Shown in pieces: positions 19,424-29,740 of a stretch of 64,000 nucleotides of DNA. This DNA comes from Lachnospiraceae bacterium. GTDB taxonomy: Bacteria; Bacillota; Clostridia; Lachnospirales; Lachnospiraceae. The DNA lies in contig JAFSIS010000074.1 of assembly GCA_017439665.1 (NCBI GenBank), forward strand, positions 3,632 to 67,631, in the 5' to 3' direction. The notes under the pieces were generated by a model that did not search any database, was not told where the DNA came from, and was given only the letters and a program-made list of their open reading frames with translations. The translations under genes and the position numbers were made by a program. Position 1 is the first letter of the stretch; each line of letters opens with the position of its first letter.

Positions 19424-20293
19424 GTGAGTAAATTTAAAATTGTAACCGATTCTACTGCCGATTTGCCGGTAAAGTATATCGAAGAGAAAAAACTAAGTAT
19501 TGTTCATCTGTCCTATATCATTGATGGGGAGACTTATACCGGTGATAAGCAGCTTGGGGTAAAAGACTTTTATGATAAGATGCGAAAAGGAATGATGCCT
19601 ACCACCTCTCAGGCAAATCCGGAGGATGCGAAAGTAATTTTGGAGGCAGAACTGAAGGAATGCAAGGAGATTCTCTGCATTGCTTTTTCTTCCGGTTTAA
19701 GCGGAACCTGTAACAGCTTCCGTATTGCAGCCCAGGAACTGATGGAGGAGGATGAAGAAGCCAAGATCATCGTTGTGGATACTCTGTCAGCCTCTCTGGG
19801 CGAGGGACTTTTGGTACATAAGGCAATTAAGCTTCAGGAAGAAGGAAAATCCCTGGAGGAGACGGCTAACTGGATTGAGGCACATAAGCTGCATCTGGTA
19901 CATGCTTTTACGGTAGATGATCTTTTTCATCTTCATCGGGGAGGACGGGTAAGTAAGGCTACCGCAATCGTTGGCAGCATGATCAACATCAAGCCTATTT
20001 TACATGTAGATAATGAAGGGCATCTGACGGCTCTTTCCAAGGTAAGAGGGCGTAAGAAATCCCTTCATGCACTGGTAGACTACATGGGAGAGAAGATGGG
20101 AGACTTTCAGAAAGAAAATGATACTATTTTTATCAGCCATGGAGATTGTCTTGAGGATGCCATGCTGGTGAAGGAAGAAATTGAAAAGCGTTTTGGGATC
20201 AAGGATTTTCTGATCAATGAGGTAGGACCTACTATTGGAGCACATTCCGGTCCCGGTACCCTGGCTCTGTTCTTCTTTGGAGAAAGCCGATAG
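19424..20293 (+). CDS. DegV family fatty-acid-binding protein
   Basis: GTG start. N-terminus KIVTDSTADLP and overall DegV-like layout (SSGLSGTCNS, GPGTLALFF). Confidence 0.9.
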   Translation: MSKFKIVTDSTADLPVKYIEEKKLSIVHLSYIIDGETYTGDKQLGVKDFYDKMRKGMMPTTSQANPEDAKVILEAELKECKEILCIAFSSGLSGTCNSFRIAAQELMEEDEEAKIIVVDTLSASLGEGLLVHKAIKLQEEGKSLEETANWIEAHKLHLVHAFTVDDLFHLHRGGRVSKATAIVGSMINIKPILHVDNEGHLTALSKVRGRKKSLHALVDYMGEKMGDFQKENDTIFISHGDCLEDAMLVKEEIEKRFGIKDFLINEVGPTIGAHSGPGTLALFFFGESR

Positions 20294-20336
20294 TTTTATA
20301 AACAGATCAAGCAGAATAGGCTTCTACATAAAAGTG

Positions 20337-20418
20337 GGGGCTGTTGTATAATTCTTGAAAGAGCTTACTGTTTATCCACTTGTATGCTAAAAAAGAATTA
20401 TGCAACAGCCCTTTTTTA
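20337..20418. terminator. long hairpin / bidirectional terminator between degV-family gene and cotJC
   Basis: 19-bp stem GGGCTGTTGTATAATTCTT/AAGAATTATGCAACAGCCC (one mismatch) with a loop of about 36 nt, followed by TTTTTT. Confidence 0.6.
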
Positions 20419-20422
20419 AGCT

Positions 20423-21028
20423 CTATTTTTTACAACGGTCAAAGCCGGGATTGTACTGATAAAAGTTCTTCGGATCCAAATCCTCCTGAACACGCCTAAG
20501 GGCTTCACCGAAACGCTGAAAATGCACGATTTCTCTCTGCCTGAGGAAACGTATTGGGTCTGCTACTTCGGGATCCTTAACTACACGCAGAATATTATCA
20601 TAGGTGGTTCTCGCCTTCTGTTCGGCAGCCAGATCCTCGCACAGGTCGGTGATCACATCTCCCTTGGACTGGAATTGATTGGCATTAAAGGGGACTCCGC
20701 CGGCAGCCTGGGGCCATAGAGCCAGCGTATGGTCAATATAATAGGGGCCAAAGCCTGACTCTTCAATTTCTTCCATGGAAAGGTTACGGGTCAGCTGATG
20801 GACAATGGTTCCTACCATTTCAAAATGTCCCAGTTCTTCCGTACCAAGATCCGTCAGCAGAGCGGCAACCTCCCGGTAGGGTGTAGCATAACGCTGGGAA
20901 AGATATCTCATGGAAGCTCCCAGCTCCCCATCAGGACCTCCGTATTGGGAAATAATATACTGGGCCAGCTTTGCATTGGGGGTGGTAATATTTACCGGGT
21001 ACTGTAATCGTTTCTCATAATCCCACAT
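20423..21028 (-). CDS. cotJC: spore coat protein CotJC (manganese catalase family)
   Basis: 201 aa with WDYEKRLQYPVNI, GGPDGELGASMRYLSQRY and EELGHFEMV. Last gene of a cotJA-JB-JC arrangement. Confidence 0.92.
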   Translation of the reverse strand: MWDYEKRLQYPVNITTPNAKLAQYIISQYGGPDGELGASMRYLSQRYATPYREVAALLTDLGTEELGHFEMVGTIVHQLTRNLSMEEIEESGFGPYYIDHTLALWPQAAGGVPFNANQFQSKGDVITDLCEDLAAEQKARTTYDNILRVVKDPEVADPIRFLRQREIVHFQRFGEALRRVQEDLDPKNFYQYNPGFDRCKK

Positions 21029-21289
21029 TTATTCTTCTCCTCCTTCCCAGGGCCAGGGCTGTATTGTCCATAAAAATTCATTTGTCCCTCCTCTGGCCTG
21101 ATCCAGGGAAAGAGGGCCATAGATTTCCCCATATTCTTTCATCTTTTCCTGCTTCATCCGGTTATAATAGTCAAAATAGTGCATGGCTTCCTGACTGGTG
21201 GGATGTGTATCCAAAAACAGTACCAGTTCTACCAGAGTAAAATCCAGAATATTGATCTCCTCCAGTAAGCGTTCTCTTTCACATTTCAT
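21029..21289 (-). CDS. cotJB: spore coat protein CotJB
   Basis: MKCERERLLEEINILDFTLVELVLFLDTHP is typical of CotJB. ATG at 21289 overlaps the cotJA TGA (ATGA). The ORF-track start at 21298 is also possible. Confidence 0.88.
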   Translation of the reverse strand: MKCERERLLEEINILDFTLVELVLFLDTHPTSQEAMHYFDYYNRMKQEKMKEYGEIYGPLSLDQARGGTNEFLWTIQPWPWEGGEE

Positions 21290-21600
21290 CGTACACATCT
21301 CCTTCCTGTAAAGGGTTTATCCAGGCTGGGAAAAATAGTGCCTGCACTATAGGCTTTCTGTAAATTGTCATACATCATCAGGCTTTCCTGCATGGGAACA
21401 TAGGCCATGCCCAGAGGAAATCTGTCCCTATCCACAGAAAAACAGCCCATATTGGACCTTCCTTCCATGATGGATCTTCTGTCTATATCAGATTCACCTT
21501 CCATGGTTCGCTGGCTGCCACAGTTCATGGGATATTGCATATTACTGCTTCGATTCATATTCATATCCATCATACCGTTCGTTGACATACAAGTATTCAA
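21286..21600 (-). CDS. cotJA: spore coat-associated protein CotJA
   Basis: C-terminal motif FPLGMAYVPMQ...GTIFPSLDKPF. TTG start at 21600 lies 10 nt after AAGGAG; an alternative ATG is at 21588. Confidence 0.85.
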   Translation of the reverse strand: MNTCMSTNGMMDMNMNRSSNMQYPMNCGSQRTMEGESDIDRRSIMEGRSNMGCFSVDRDRFPLGMAYVPMQESLMMYDNLQKAYSAGTIFPSLDKPFTGRRCVR

Positions 21601-21845
21601 CTGTTTCTGTCTCCTTATTCCTTTTTTACTCTTAATTTATGCCTATACTGATCTTTTGTTACAACTGAAGGCAGGGATAGAAGGAGTGAGGCATCTTTGT
21701 TGATTTGGTTATAAACGTTAAAGAAATAACGCTATTTGCATATTGTTCTTGATTTCGGAAGAAGTTTGTGTAAAAATAAACGTATGTGAAAATTTGTACC
21801 TTTCTGATTTTCTTTTTGAAGGGTCAAAAATAGGGGAGGGAAACC

Positions 21846-23327
21846 ATGAGAGGAATAGATACTCAGGTTCGGGTGACCAGAAGGCGTGTTTTCAGTGAGG
21901 TGGCCAGGCTGGCTTATGACTCGGATAATTTAAAGGATGACATAGAGGCATTACCATATAAAATTGTCAATTACGATGAATCCAAGCATTGGGAGAATAT
22001 TTATCGGGAAAGAGCCATCGTTCGTGAAAGGATCCGACTGGCTATGGGTCTTTCTCTGCGGCCGGAAAATGTGCCGGTACATCTTACTCAGGGACTGGAG
22101 GAGAGTAATATCTCCGAGAAATATTATGAACCGCCTTTGATGCAGGTTATTCCTTCAGCCTGTAATGCCTGTCCTGTGAATCGTTATGAAGTAACCAACA
22201 AATGCATGGGCTGTGTGGCTCATCCCTGCTATGAGGTCTGCCCCAAGGATGCTATTTCCATGGTGCGTGGAAAATCCTATATCGATCAGGAAAAATGTAT
22301 CAAATGCGGCAAGTGTAAGGCCATCTGCCCTTACGATGCTATCTCCCATCAGGTTCGTCCCTGTGCAGCCGTTTGTGGAGTAAATGCCATCAAGAGTGAT
22401 CATATGGACAGAGCGGTGATCGACGAAGAACTCTGTGTATCCTGTGGCCAGTGTATGGTCAGTTGTCCGTTTGGTGCCATAGCGGACAAGTCCCAGATCT
22501 TCCAGCTGATCCGTGCACTGCAGTCAGGGCGTAAGATTATTGCGCAGGTTGCCCCTGCCTTTGTAGGTCAGTTTGGTCCGGATGTTACACCGGCTATGTT
22601 GAAAACGGCGTTAAAGGAGCTGGGATTTGCAGATGTATATGAAACGGCTATCGGTGCGGATATGGGCTGTATGGAAGAGGCTGAGCACTATGTCCATGAG
22701 GTGGCCACAGGAGAACTGCCTTTTCTGCTGACCTCCTGTTGTCCTTCATGGTCAGTGATGGCTAAGAAGTTCTTCCCGGAAACCATCGACAATATTTCCA
22801 ATGCGCTTACCCCTATGGTGGCTACGGCCAGAAAGATTAAGGAGGAGCATCCGGATGCTTCTGTAGTCTTTATCGGTCCCTGTGCTTCCAAAAAGCTGGA
22901 GGCCTCCAGAAGAACCATACGTTCAGATGTGGATTTTGTAATTACCTTTGAGGAACTTGCAGGAATGTTTGAGGCTAAGGAAATGATCCTCAACCAGATC
23001 CAGCCCCTGGATGAAATGGAAGATGCTACCGGTGCAGGAAGAGGATACGGTGTGGCAGGAGGAGTAGCCAATGCCATTGAGAATTGTATCCGTGAATACT
23101 ATCCTGATGTTGAGGTCCATATCGAACATGCAGAAAGTCTGGCAGAGTGCAAAAAGATGCTGATGATGGCCAAGGCAGGCAAAAAGAATGGCTGCCTGAT
23201 CGAAGGAATGGCCTGTCCAGGAGGCTGTGTGGCCGGTGCAGGAACCAATATTGCTATTTCCCAGGCAAATAAAGAGGTAGCCGGCTTCAAGAAGGCAGCA
23301 AAACAGCCTGTTCCCAGCCGGGAATAA
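21846..23327 (+). CDS. monomeric [FeFe]-hydrogenase-type protein with ferredoxin-like clusters
   Basis: Several CxxCxxCxxxCP motifs, then H-cluster signatures [16 protein letters not shown] and [14 protein letters not shown]. Also has an N-terminal extension of about 100 aa without cluster motifs. Confidence 0.85.
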   Translation: MRGIDTQVRVTRRRVFSEVARLAYDSDNLKDDIEALPYKIVNYDESKHWENIYRERAIVRERIRLAMGLSLRPENVPVHLTQGLEESNISEKYYEPPLMQVIPSACNACPVNRYEVTNKCMGCVAHPCYEVCPKDAISMVRGKSYIDQEKCIKCGKCKAICPYDAISHQVRPCAAVCGVNAIKSDHMDRAVIDEELCVSCGQCMVSCPFGAIADKSQIFQLIRALQSGRKIIAQVAPAFVGQFGPDVTPAMLKTALKELGFADVYETAIGADMGCMEEAEHYVHEVATGELPFLLTSCCPSWSVMAKKFFPETIDNISNALTPMVATARKIKEEHPDASVVFIGPCASKKLEASRRTIRSDVDFVITFEELAGMFEAKEMILNQIQPLDEMEDATGAGRGYGVAGGVANAIENCIREYYPDVEVHIEHAESLAECKKMLMMAKAGKKNGCLIEGMACPGGCVAGAGTNIAISQANKEVAGFKKAAKQPVPSRE

Positions 23328-23493
23328 AAAAGCTGCTAAAGCAGCGGATGGAGGTGGCGTGAAAAGAACTTCTAATGCTCACGGCCAAGGCTGTTTTGCA
23401 AAGAGGTTCCAGGTTTCACGCCGAAGAATGCCTGGAATACGACATTTTTCATCCGGATTTGAGTTGCAGCTAAGCTGCAATATGGAGGTTAGA

Positions 23494-24957
23494 ATGAGTA
23501 AAGTAAGAACGAGATTTGCTCCCAGTCCTACAGGGAGAATGCATGTGGGAAATTTAAGAACGGCCCTCTATGCCTATTTAATCGCCAAACATGAGGATGG
23601 TGATTTTCTTCTTCGTATTGAGGACACCGATCAGGAAAGGTATGTAGAGGGGGCAGTGGAGATCATTTACCGTACTTTGGAAAAAACGGGATTGATCCAT
23701 GATGAAGGTCCGGACAAGGATAAAGGCTGCGGACCCTATGTGCAGAGTGAACGTCAGGCAAAAGGAATTTATCTGGAATATGCAAAGAAGCTGATTGAAA
23801 AGGGAGAAGCTTATTATTGCTTCTGTGACAAGGAACGTCTGGAGACCTTGACGCAGACAGTGGCAGGTAAGGAAATTAATGTTTATGATAAGCATTGCCT
23901 TCATTTGTCCAAAGAGGAGGTTGAAGAGAAGCTGGCAAAAGGAATTCCTTATGTTATCCGCCAGAATAACCCTACCACCGGAACGACTACCTTTAAGGAT
24001 GAGATTTACGGGGATATTACTGTAGATAATTCTGAGCTGGATGATATGATCCTGATCAAATCGGATGGCTATCCAACCTATAATTTTGCCAATGTAGTAG
24101 ATGACCATCTGATGGGAATTACCCATGTGGTAAGAGGAAATGAATACCTGTCCTCATCACCCAAATACAATCGGTTGTATGAGGCCTTTGGCTGGGAGGT
24201 TCCCGTTTATGTGCACTGTCCGCTGATCACCGACGAAGACCACCATAAGCTGTCCAAGAGATGCGGTCATTCCTCCTATGAGGATCTGATCGAACAGGGC
24301 TTTATTACAGAAGCAGTAGTCAATTTTGTAGCGCTTTTAGGCTGGAGTCCTTCTGATAATCAGGAGATTTTTACACTGGAAGAGTTGATCAGGGCATTTG
24401 ATTACCATCATATGTCCAAATCACCAGCAGTTTTTGATTATACCAAGTTAAAGTGGATGAATGGGGAATATATTAAGGCTATGGAAGAAAAGGCCTTCCT
24501 TGAGCGGGCTCTGCCCTATTTAAAGCAGGCGATTACCAAAGAGCTGGATATGGAAAAAATTGCGGCTATGGTGAAAACCAGAATAGAGGTATTTCCCGAT
24601 ATTCTGGAAATGGTAGATTTCTTTGAAGCTCTGCCGGAATATGATACAGCCATGTATACCCATAAAAAAATGAAGACCAGTGAAACAACCTCTCTGGAGG
24701 TATTAAAAGAGGTGTATCCACTTTTGGAAAAGCAGGAGGATTACAGCAATGATGCTCTGTACCAGATGCTGAGTGGATATGTGACTGAAAAAGGATGCAA
24801 AAATGGATATGTGATGTGGCCTATCCGTACGGCGGTAAGTGGAAAACAGACGACCCCTGCAGGTGCCACAGAGATTATGGAGATTTTGGGAAAAGAGGAA
24901 GCCTTAAGAAGAATTCAGAAGGGAATCGAAAAGCTGGAAAATGTCCTCGCCCAGTAA
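23494..24957 (+). CDS. gltX: glutamate--tRNA ligase
   Basis: ATG 23494 follows [28 protein letters not shown] (HIGH) and KLSKR (KMSKS-like). The 45 codons upstream in the ORF track have no GltX similarity. Confidence 0.93.
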   Translation: MSKVRTRFAPSPTGRMHVGNLRTALYAYLIAKHEDGDFLLRIEDTDQERYVEGAVEIIYRTLEKTGLIHDEGPDKDKGCGPYVQSERQAKGIYLEYAKKLIEKGEAYYCFCDKERLETLTQTVAGKEINVYDKHCLHLSKEEVEEKLAKGIPYVIRQNNPTTGTTTFKDEIYGDITVDNSELDDMILIKSDGYPTYNFANVVDDHLMGITHVVRGNEYLSSSPKYNRLYEAFGWEVPVYVHCPLITDEDHHKLSKRCGHSSYEDLIEQGFITEAVVNFVALLGWSPSDNQEIFTLEELIRAFDYHHMSKSPAVFDYTKLKWMNGEYIKAMEEKAFLERALPYLKQAITKELDMEKIAAMVKTRIEVFPDILEMVDFFEALPEYDTAMYTHKKMKTSETTSLEVLKEVYPLLEKQEDYSNDALYQMLSGYVTEKGCKNGYVMWPIRTAVSGKQTTPAGATEIMEILGKEEALRRIQKGIEKLENVLAQ

Positions 24958-26770
24958 TTCTCAGTTGAAGGCAATTACCCACGGAGCCGGGCCCATGCTG
25001 GTATTGGCAGGGCCCGGCTCCGGAAAGACCTTCACGATGATCGAAAGGGTAATCTATCTGATCACCGAACTTAAGGTTGATCCCACATCCATACTGGTCA
25101 TTTCTTTTTCCAGAGCCTCTGCAGGAGAGCTCAGACAACGGTTCAAAAAGCGGACAGGCCTTCCCGAGGGAGTTAATTTTTCTACCTTCCATTCCTGTTT
25201 TTTCCATATCCTGAAAACAAATTTGCATTACAGCTCTAAAGATATTATCACTCCCGGGGAACAACGGGAGATCATGAAGCTTCTTCTCATGGATCCGGTT
25301 TATCATGAAACAGATACCCGGGAAAAAGAGGAAGAGTATCTCAGCAAATTCTCTTATTATAAGAACAAAGGACTGAAAATCATGGCAGAAAAGGAAAGTG
25401 AAGCTTTTTGTCATCTTTTTCATGCTTACCAGCAGGAAATGCACTCCCGTCATCGCCTGGATTTTGATGATATGGGACTTCTGTGTCTGCAGCTTTTTAA
25501 ACAACAGCCACAGGTGCTTGCTCACTGGCAGGATAAATTTCGTTATATTCTGATCGATGAATTCCAGGATATTAATCCTATCCAATTTGAGATCATCCGT
25601 TTATTGGCCGGAAAGGAAGAAAATCTTTTCGTGGTAGGAGATGACGATCAGGCCATTTACAGTTTCCGGGGTGCCAGTCCGAAAATCATGTTAAATTTTA
25701 CTTCCTATTATCCTTCAGCCAGAAAGGTGCTTTTGGAGATCAATTTTCGATGCAGCGGCAATGTAGTCAAAGAGTCTCTGAAAGTAATCGGTGAAAATGA
25801 ACAGCGTTTTTCAAAAGAGATCCTTGCCCACCATGAAGCAAAGGCAGAGGTGGGCTATAGAAAATTTGAGACAGTTTTTGAAGAATATCGTTATCTTTGC
25901 GAAGAGATTGAACAGCTTTTGTCCACAGGTGTTAAGCCCTCAGAAATCACCTGTATTTTTCGAACCAATCAAAATATGACAGGATTGGCAGAGTGTCTGG
26001 CACGCCGGAGACTTCCCTTCGTGATGAAGGAGAGTACAGGGAGTATCTTCAGGCATTATATTGCCAGGGATATTCTGGCTTATCTGCAGTTTTTTCTGGA
26101 GGGAAAAAGGCGGAAGGACTTTCTGGTGATCATGAATAAGCCTCTTCGCTATTTTTCCAGGAATGCCTGTATAGAGGAGGTGATCACCTGGACAGATTTA
26201 CGGGAGTATTATCGGAGTAAGCCTTATATGCTAGAAAAGATCACCGAGCTTCAGAAGCTGGAAAAATGGGCAGTAAGACTGGATCTGTACGGAGCCATCA
26301 GTTATATCCGAAAGGCAGGAGGATATGAAGCCTACCTGAAAGAATATATACAGGGCAAGAAGGATTCCTGGGAGGAAGCTCAGGAAATACTGGAGTTTAT
26401 CCATAACAGTGTAAGAGGAGTAAATTCCTTACAGCAATGGAAGCAGGAGATTCGGGAATATGAGGAGGCATTACAGCGGGCAAAAACAGAAGAAAAAGAA
26501 GGGATACATCTGATCACCATGCATGCCTGCAAGGGACTGGAATATCCTTATGTATTCCTTCCCGATTGCAATGAGGGAAAGGTTCCTCACAAGAGGGCTG
26601 TGACAAAAGAAGAGGTGGAGGAAGAAAGAAGGCTGTTCTATGTGGCCATGACCAGGGCTATTGAAAGACTGGAAATTCTTTATGTTCAGGATAAATTGGG
26701 AAAAAAACTGGAACCCAGCCGTTTTCTGCCTGGCAGAAAAAGGATAGATTGGAAGTTGCCTGTAAGATAA
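24941..26770 (+). CDS. UvrD/PcrA-family ATP-dependent DNA helicase (short form)
   Basis: Walker [28 protein letters not shown], and C-terminal [14 protein letters not shown] and YVAMTRA. Overlaps the gltX stop by 17 nt. Confidence 0.88.
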   Translation: MSSPSNSQLKAITHGAGPMLVLAGPGSGKTFTMIERVIYLITELKVDPTSILVISFSRASAGELRQRFKKRTGLPEGVNFSTFHSCFFHILKTNLHYSSKDIITPGEQREIMKLLLMDPVYHETDTREKEEEYLSKFSYYKNKGLKIMAEKESEAFCHLFHAYQQEMHSRHRLDFDDMGLLCLQLFKQQPQVLAHWQDKFRYILIDEFQDINPIQFEIIRLLAGKEENLFVVGDDDQAIYSFRGASPKIMLNFTSYYPSARKVLLEINFRCSGNVVKESLKVIGENEQRFSKEILAHHEAKAEVGYRKFETVFEEYRYLCEEIEQLLSTGVKPSEITCIFRTNQNMTGLAECLARRRLPFVMKESTGSIFRHYIARDILAYLQFFLEGKRRKDFLVIMNKPLRYFSRNACIEEVITWTDLREYYRSKPYMLEKITELQKLEKWAVRLDLYGAISYIRKAGGYEAYLKEYIQGKKDSWEEAQEILEFIHNSVRGVNSLQQWKQEIREYEEALQRAKTEEKEGIHLITMHACKGLEYPYVFLPDCNEGKVPHKRAVTKEEVEEERRLFYVAMTRAIERLEILYVQDKLGKKLEPSRFLPGRKRIDWKLPVR

Positions 26771-26783
26771 GAAAAGAGGAGGA

Positions 26784-27101
26784 TTACTCCTCCTCCATAA
26801 GCTCATCAAATTCACAGTTGTCCAGATATTCGTCAAAGGCCTCTTCCACCTTTTCCCACTCTTCATCACTGTCAATGAAATCCAGAACGGGTTCTTCATT
26901 CGGATCATCAGGATTCTCGCTGTAGCGATAGAACCAGGTTTCCCCATCTTCATTTTCCCCGTTTTCATCCAGGGGAAGGAGGGCAATATAATCGTGGTCT
27001 TCAACATGAATAATGGTAATGATCATGCAATTGACGATGGTGCCATCTTCAAGAGTGATTTCTACGGACATCTCTTCTTCTAAATTTTCCTGTTTTCCCA
27101 T
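26784..27101 (-). CDS. DUF1292 domain protein
   Basis: 105-aa acidic protein with the DUF1292-like core ITLEDGTIVNCMIITII..DHDYIALLPLDENGE..E.WFYRY. Confidence 0.8.
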   Translation of the reverse strand: MGKQENLEEEMSVEITLEDGTIVNCMIITIIHVEDHDYIALLPLDENGENEDGETWFYRYSENPDDPNEEPVLDFIDSDEEWEKVEEAFDEYLDNCEFDELMEEE

Positions 27102-27172
27102 GTAAGGCCTCCTTAAGTGTTTAGTTTAGTCTTATTGTACCCGCCGGAAAGCAAGATGGCAAGGACAAAATA

Positions 27173-27202
27173 TTGCCCAAGGTAAAGAAAATATGCTATA
27201 GT
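27173..27202 (+). promoter_or_regulatory. sigma-A-like promoter upstream of the GlgX-like gene
   Basis: TTGCCC, 18-nt spacer, TGcTATAGT. Confidence 0.4.
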
Positions 27203-27231
27203 AGAAGAACAGCAATTGAAGGGAGAATGGT

Positions 27232-29094
27232 ATGAGACATTTCCATGTTGGCAACATGCTTCCCATGGGCGCAACCCCTGTAGGTACTAATGCAGTACAG
27301 TTTGTTTGTCAGAATACCGGCAGAAAGAATGCCGGTTTGGTTTTATATGAAAAGAAAACAGGAAAACGGGAAGAAATCCCGTTTACTGATAACTATCAGA
27401 TCGGTAATGTATATTCGCTGGTGATTGAAGGAATCAATCCGGAGAAATATACCTATAATTTTATCCAGGACGGAAAAGAAGAGGTTGATCCTTATGCCGG
27501 ACTCATTGCAGGCAATGAGAAATGGGGACAGATGGATGTAAGGCTGTCCGGAAGAATCGGATTGTCAGACTTCGAATGGGAAGGAGATGAACCCTTAAGG
27601 CGATCCTTTTCAGACTGTATTTTTTATCAGCTCCATGTCCGGGGCTTTACCAGACATTCTTCTTCAAAAGTCAGGAAAAAGGGAACCTTTGAAGGAATCA
27701 TAGAGAAAATTCCTTATCTGAAGGAGTTGGGGGTGAATACTCTGGAACTGCTTCCGGCTTATGAATTTATGGAGCAGGAAGCTTTTGTTGATGTCCCAGA
27801 GCGGGAAGTAACGATGGAATTTGCCCGGGCGAATTATCACCTGAAGCCTTCCGAAGAGGGGAGACCGAGACTGAACTATTGGGGATTTAAGCCAGGCGCC
27901 TATTTTGCTCCCAAGGCTTCTTATTCAGCGGGGAATAAACCGGATATTTCTTTTAAAGGGCTGGTTAAGCACCTGCACCATGGAGGCATAGAGCTGGTGA
28001 TGCAGTTTTATTTTGAGCCTGCAATGAGCCCCGTTTATCTTTTGGAGATTCTTCGTTACTGGGTCAGAGAATATCATGTGGATGGGTTCCGGCTTTTGGG
28101 AGCCGGACTTCCCATTGAATTTTTGGCTGCAGATCCGATACTTTGTAATACCAAGCTTATGTATGAAAGTTTTGAAGAAGGTCGTGTCTATGACAGTAAA
28201 TACTTTCCGGTTTATCGTAATATAGCGGACTATAATGACGGTTATCTTTATGCCTTGAGGCATTTTATCAAGGGAGATGTGGGCTCGCTCGGCCGCGCCT
28301 TTGAAGCCATGCTCCATGATGAAAAAAAGATTGGAAATATGGTTTATGTGACCAATTATAACAGCTTTACCTTAAGAGATATGGTTTCTTATGATAGAAA
28401 GCATAATGAAGAAAATGGTGAAGAGGGCCGTGACGGAAATAATTATAATGTCAGCTGGAACTGTGGGACGGAAGGAGCAAGTAAGCGTAAAGCCATCGTG
28501 GCACTTCGCGAAAAACAGATGAAAAATGCCCTTACCCTGCTTCTTTTTTCCAAGGGAACGCCGGTTCTGCTTGCAGGGGATGAATTCGGGAATACCCAGG
28601 GGGGAAACAATAATCCCTATTGCCAGGACAATGTGGTCTCCTGGCTGAATTGGAAGGATTTAGAAAAAAATAATGACTTTTTTCATTTTGTAAAAGAAGT
28701 CATCAGCTTAAGAAAGCAGTTTCCGCTTCTCTTAAAGCAGGCAGATACAGGTACGAAGAGAACGGGAGTGGAATATCCTTATCTTTCCTATCACGGAAAG
28801 GAAGCATGGAAGCTGATCTGGAATGAGGGAAATGAGGAAGCCGGAGGAATATTATTCTACAGTGAACAGATCTATCTTTACCTATGTGTGAACATGCATT
28901 GGCAGGGGACAGTCCTGGCCCTGCCTAATCTACCGGGGAAACAGCCCTGGGAGCTCCTTTTGGACACCTCCGGAGAAAAGAAAAAGGGTGAGCTTTGGCA
29001 GGGGAAGTCGATTGCTATGGGCCCCCGGTCCGTTAAATTAATTACTGCAAAGGGGAAGAAGGGTGATTTTGAAGAAGGCTTATCTGCATTTTAA
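27232..29094 (+). CDS. GlgX/isoamylase-like GH13 protein, predicted catalytically inactive
   Basis: CBM48-like N-terminus, and the GH13 scaffold is recognisable (FTLRDMVSYDRKHNEENGEEGRDGNNYNVSWNCGTEG). Region I reads ELVMQFYFEP, region II GFRLLGA (no nucleophile Asp), region IV TNYN instead of HD. Confidence 0.8.
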   Translation: MRHFHVGNMLPMGATPVGTNAVQFVCQNTGRKNAGLVLYEKKTGKREEIPFTDNYQIGNVYSLVIEGINPEKYTYNFIQDGKEEVDPYAGLIAGNEKWGQMDVRLSGRIGLSDFEWEGDEPLRRSFSDCIFYQLHVRGFTRHSSSKVRKKGTFEGIIEKIPYLKELGVNTLELLPAYEFMEQEAFVDVPEREVTMEFARANYHLKPSEEGRPRLNYWGFKPGAYFAPKASYSAGNKPDISFKGLVKHLHHGGIELVMQFYFEPAMSPVYLLEILRYWVREYHVDGFRLLGAGLPIEFLAADPILCNTKLMYESFEEGRVYDSKYFPVYRNIADYNDGYLYALRHFIKGDVGSLGRAFEAMLHDEKKIGNMVYVTNYNSFTLRDMVSYDRKHNEENGEEGRDGNNYNVSWNCGTEGASKRKAIVALREKQMKNALTLLLFSKGTPVLLAGDEFGNTQGGNNNPYCQDNVVSWLNWKDLEKNNDFFHFVKEVISLRKQFPLLLKQADTGTKRTGVEYPYLSYHGKEAWKLIWNEGNEEAGGILFYSEQIYLYLCVNMHWQGTVLALPNLPGKQPWELLLDTSGEKKKGELWQGKSIAMGPRSVKLITAKGKKGDFEEGLSAF

Positions 29095-29686
29095 AACCAT
29101 AACCTATCATAAATGGCTGGTCATGAAGGGATGCTTCTCCATAGGGCTTTACCGCCAGGGAATCTGTCACGATCTATCCAAGTACAGCCCTGTGGAGTTT
29201 CTGGTGGGAGCCAGGTTTTATCAGGGAGATCAGAGCCCTAATAATGCAGAGCGTGAGTGGAGAGGTTATTCCCAGTCCTGGCTCCATCATAAGGGCAGGA
29301 ATAAGCATCATTATGAATACTGGATCGATTACAGCCTGGAAAATATCAAGGGAGGGATGGCACCGGCTCCCATGCCTATCCGGTATATTCTGGAGATGAT
29401 CATGGATCGGATTGCTGCCAGCAAGGTCTATGCCAGGGATAAATACACACCTAAAAATCCTTTGGATTACTATTTATGGGGCAGGGCAGATGCGCCCCTC
29501 CATCCTAAAACCCGCGGAACCATGGATCTGCTTCTCCAGTTACTTGCAAAATATGGAGAAAAGGAAACGGTGGCCTTCATTAAACGAGAGGTCATGCCTT
29601 TTAGGGAAAAATGGGATAATCCTGAAATCTGGCCTACTTTGCTGGAAACTTATCGAAAAAAGTATTCACTGGAGAAACTGGGATAG
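29063..29686 (+). CDS. hypothetical His-rich protein (tentatively DUF5662-like)
   Basis: 207-aa ORF overlapping the previous gene by 32 nt. Motifs HFKTITYHKWLVMKGCF, CHDLSKYSPVEF, WLHHKGRNKHHYEYW. The family assignment is from memory and tentative. Confidence 0.55.
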   Translation: MILKKAYLHFKTITYHKWLVMKGCFSIGLYRQGICHDLSKYSPVEFLVGARFYQGDQSPNNAEREWRGYSQSWLHHKGRNKHHYEYWIDYSLENIKGGMAPAPMPIRYILEMIMDRIAASKVYARDKYTPKNPLDYYLWGRADAPLHPKTRGTMDLLLQLLAKYGEKETVAFIKREVMPFREKWDNPEIWPTLLETYRKKYSLEKLG

Positions 29687-29740
29687 GCACCGAAGTACAT
29701 TTCAGGAATATAATGGAGTAAAGAAAAGGGAGACACTATC

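Noticed and set aside
24875-25585. 236-aa ORF on the minus strand
   Set aside because: Antisense to the gltX end and the UvrD-like helicase, both supported by motifs. No independent support.
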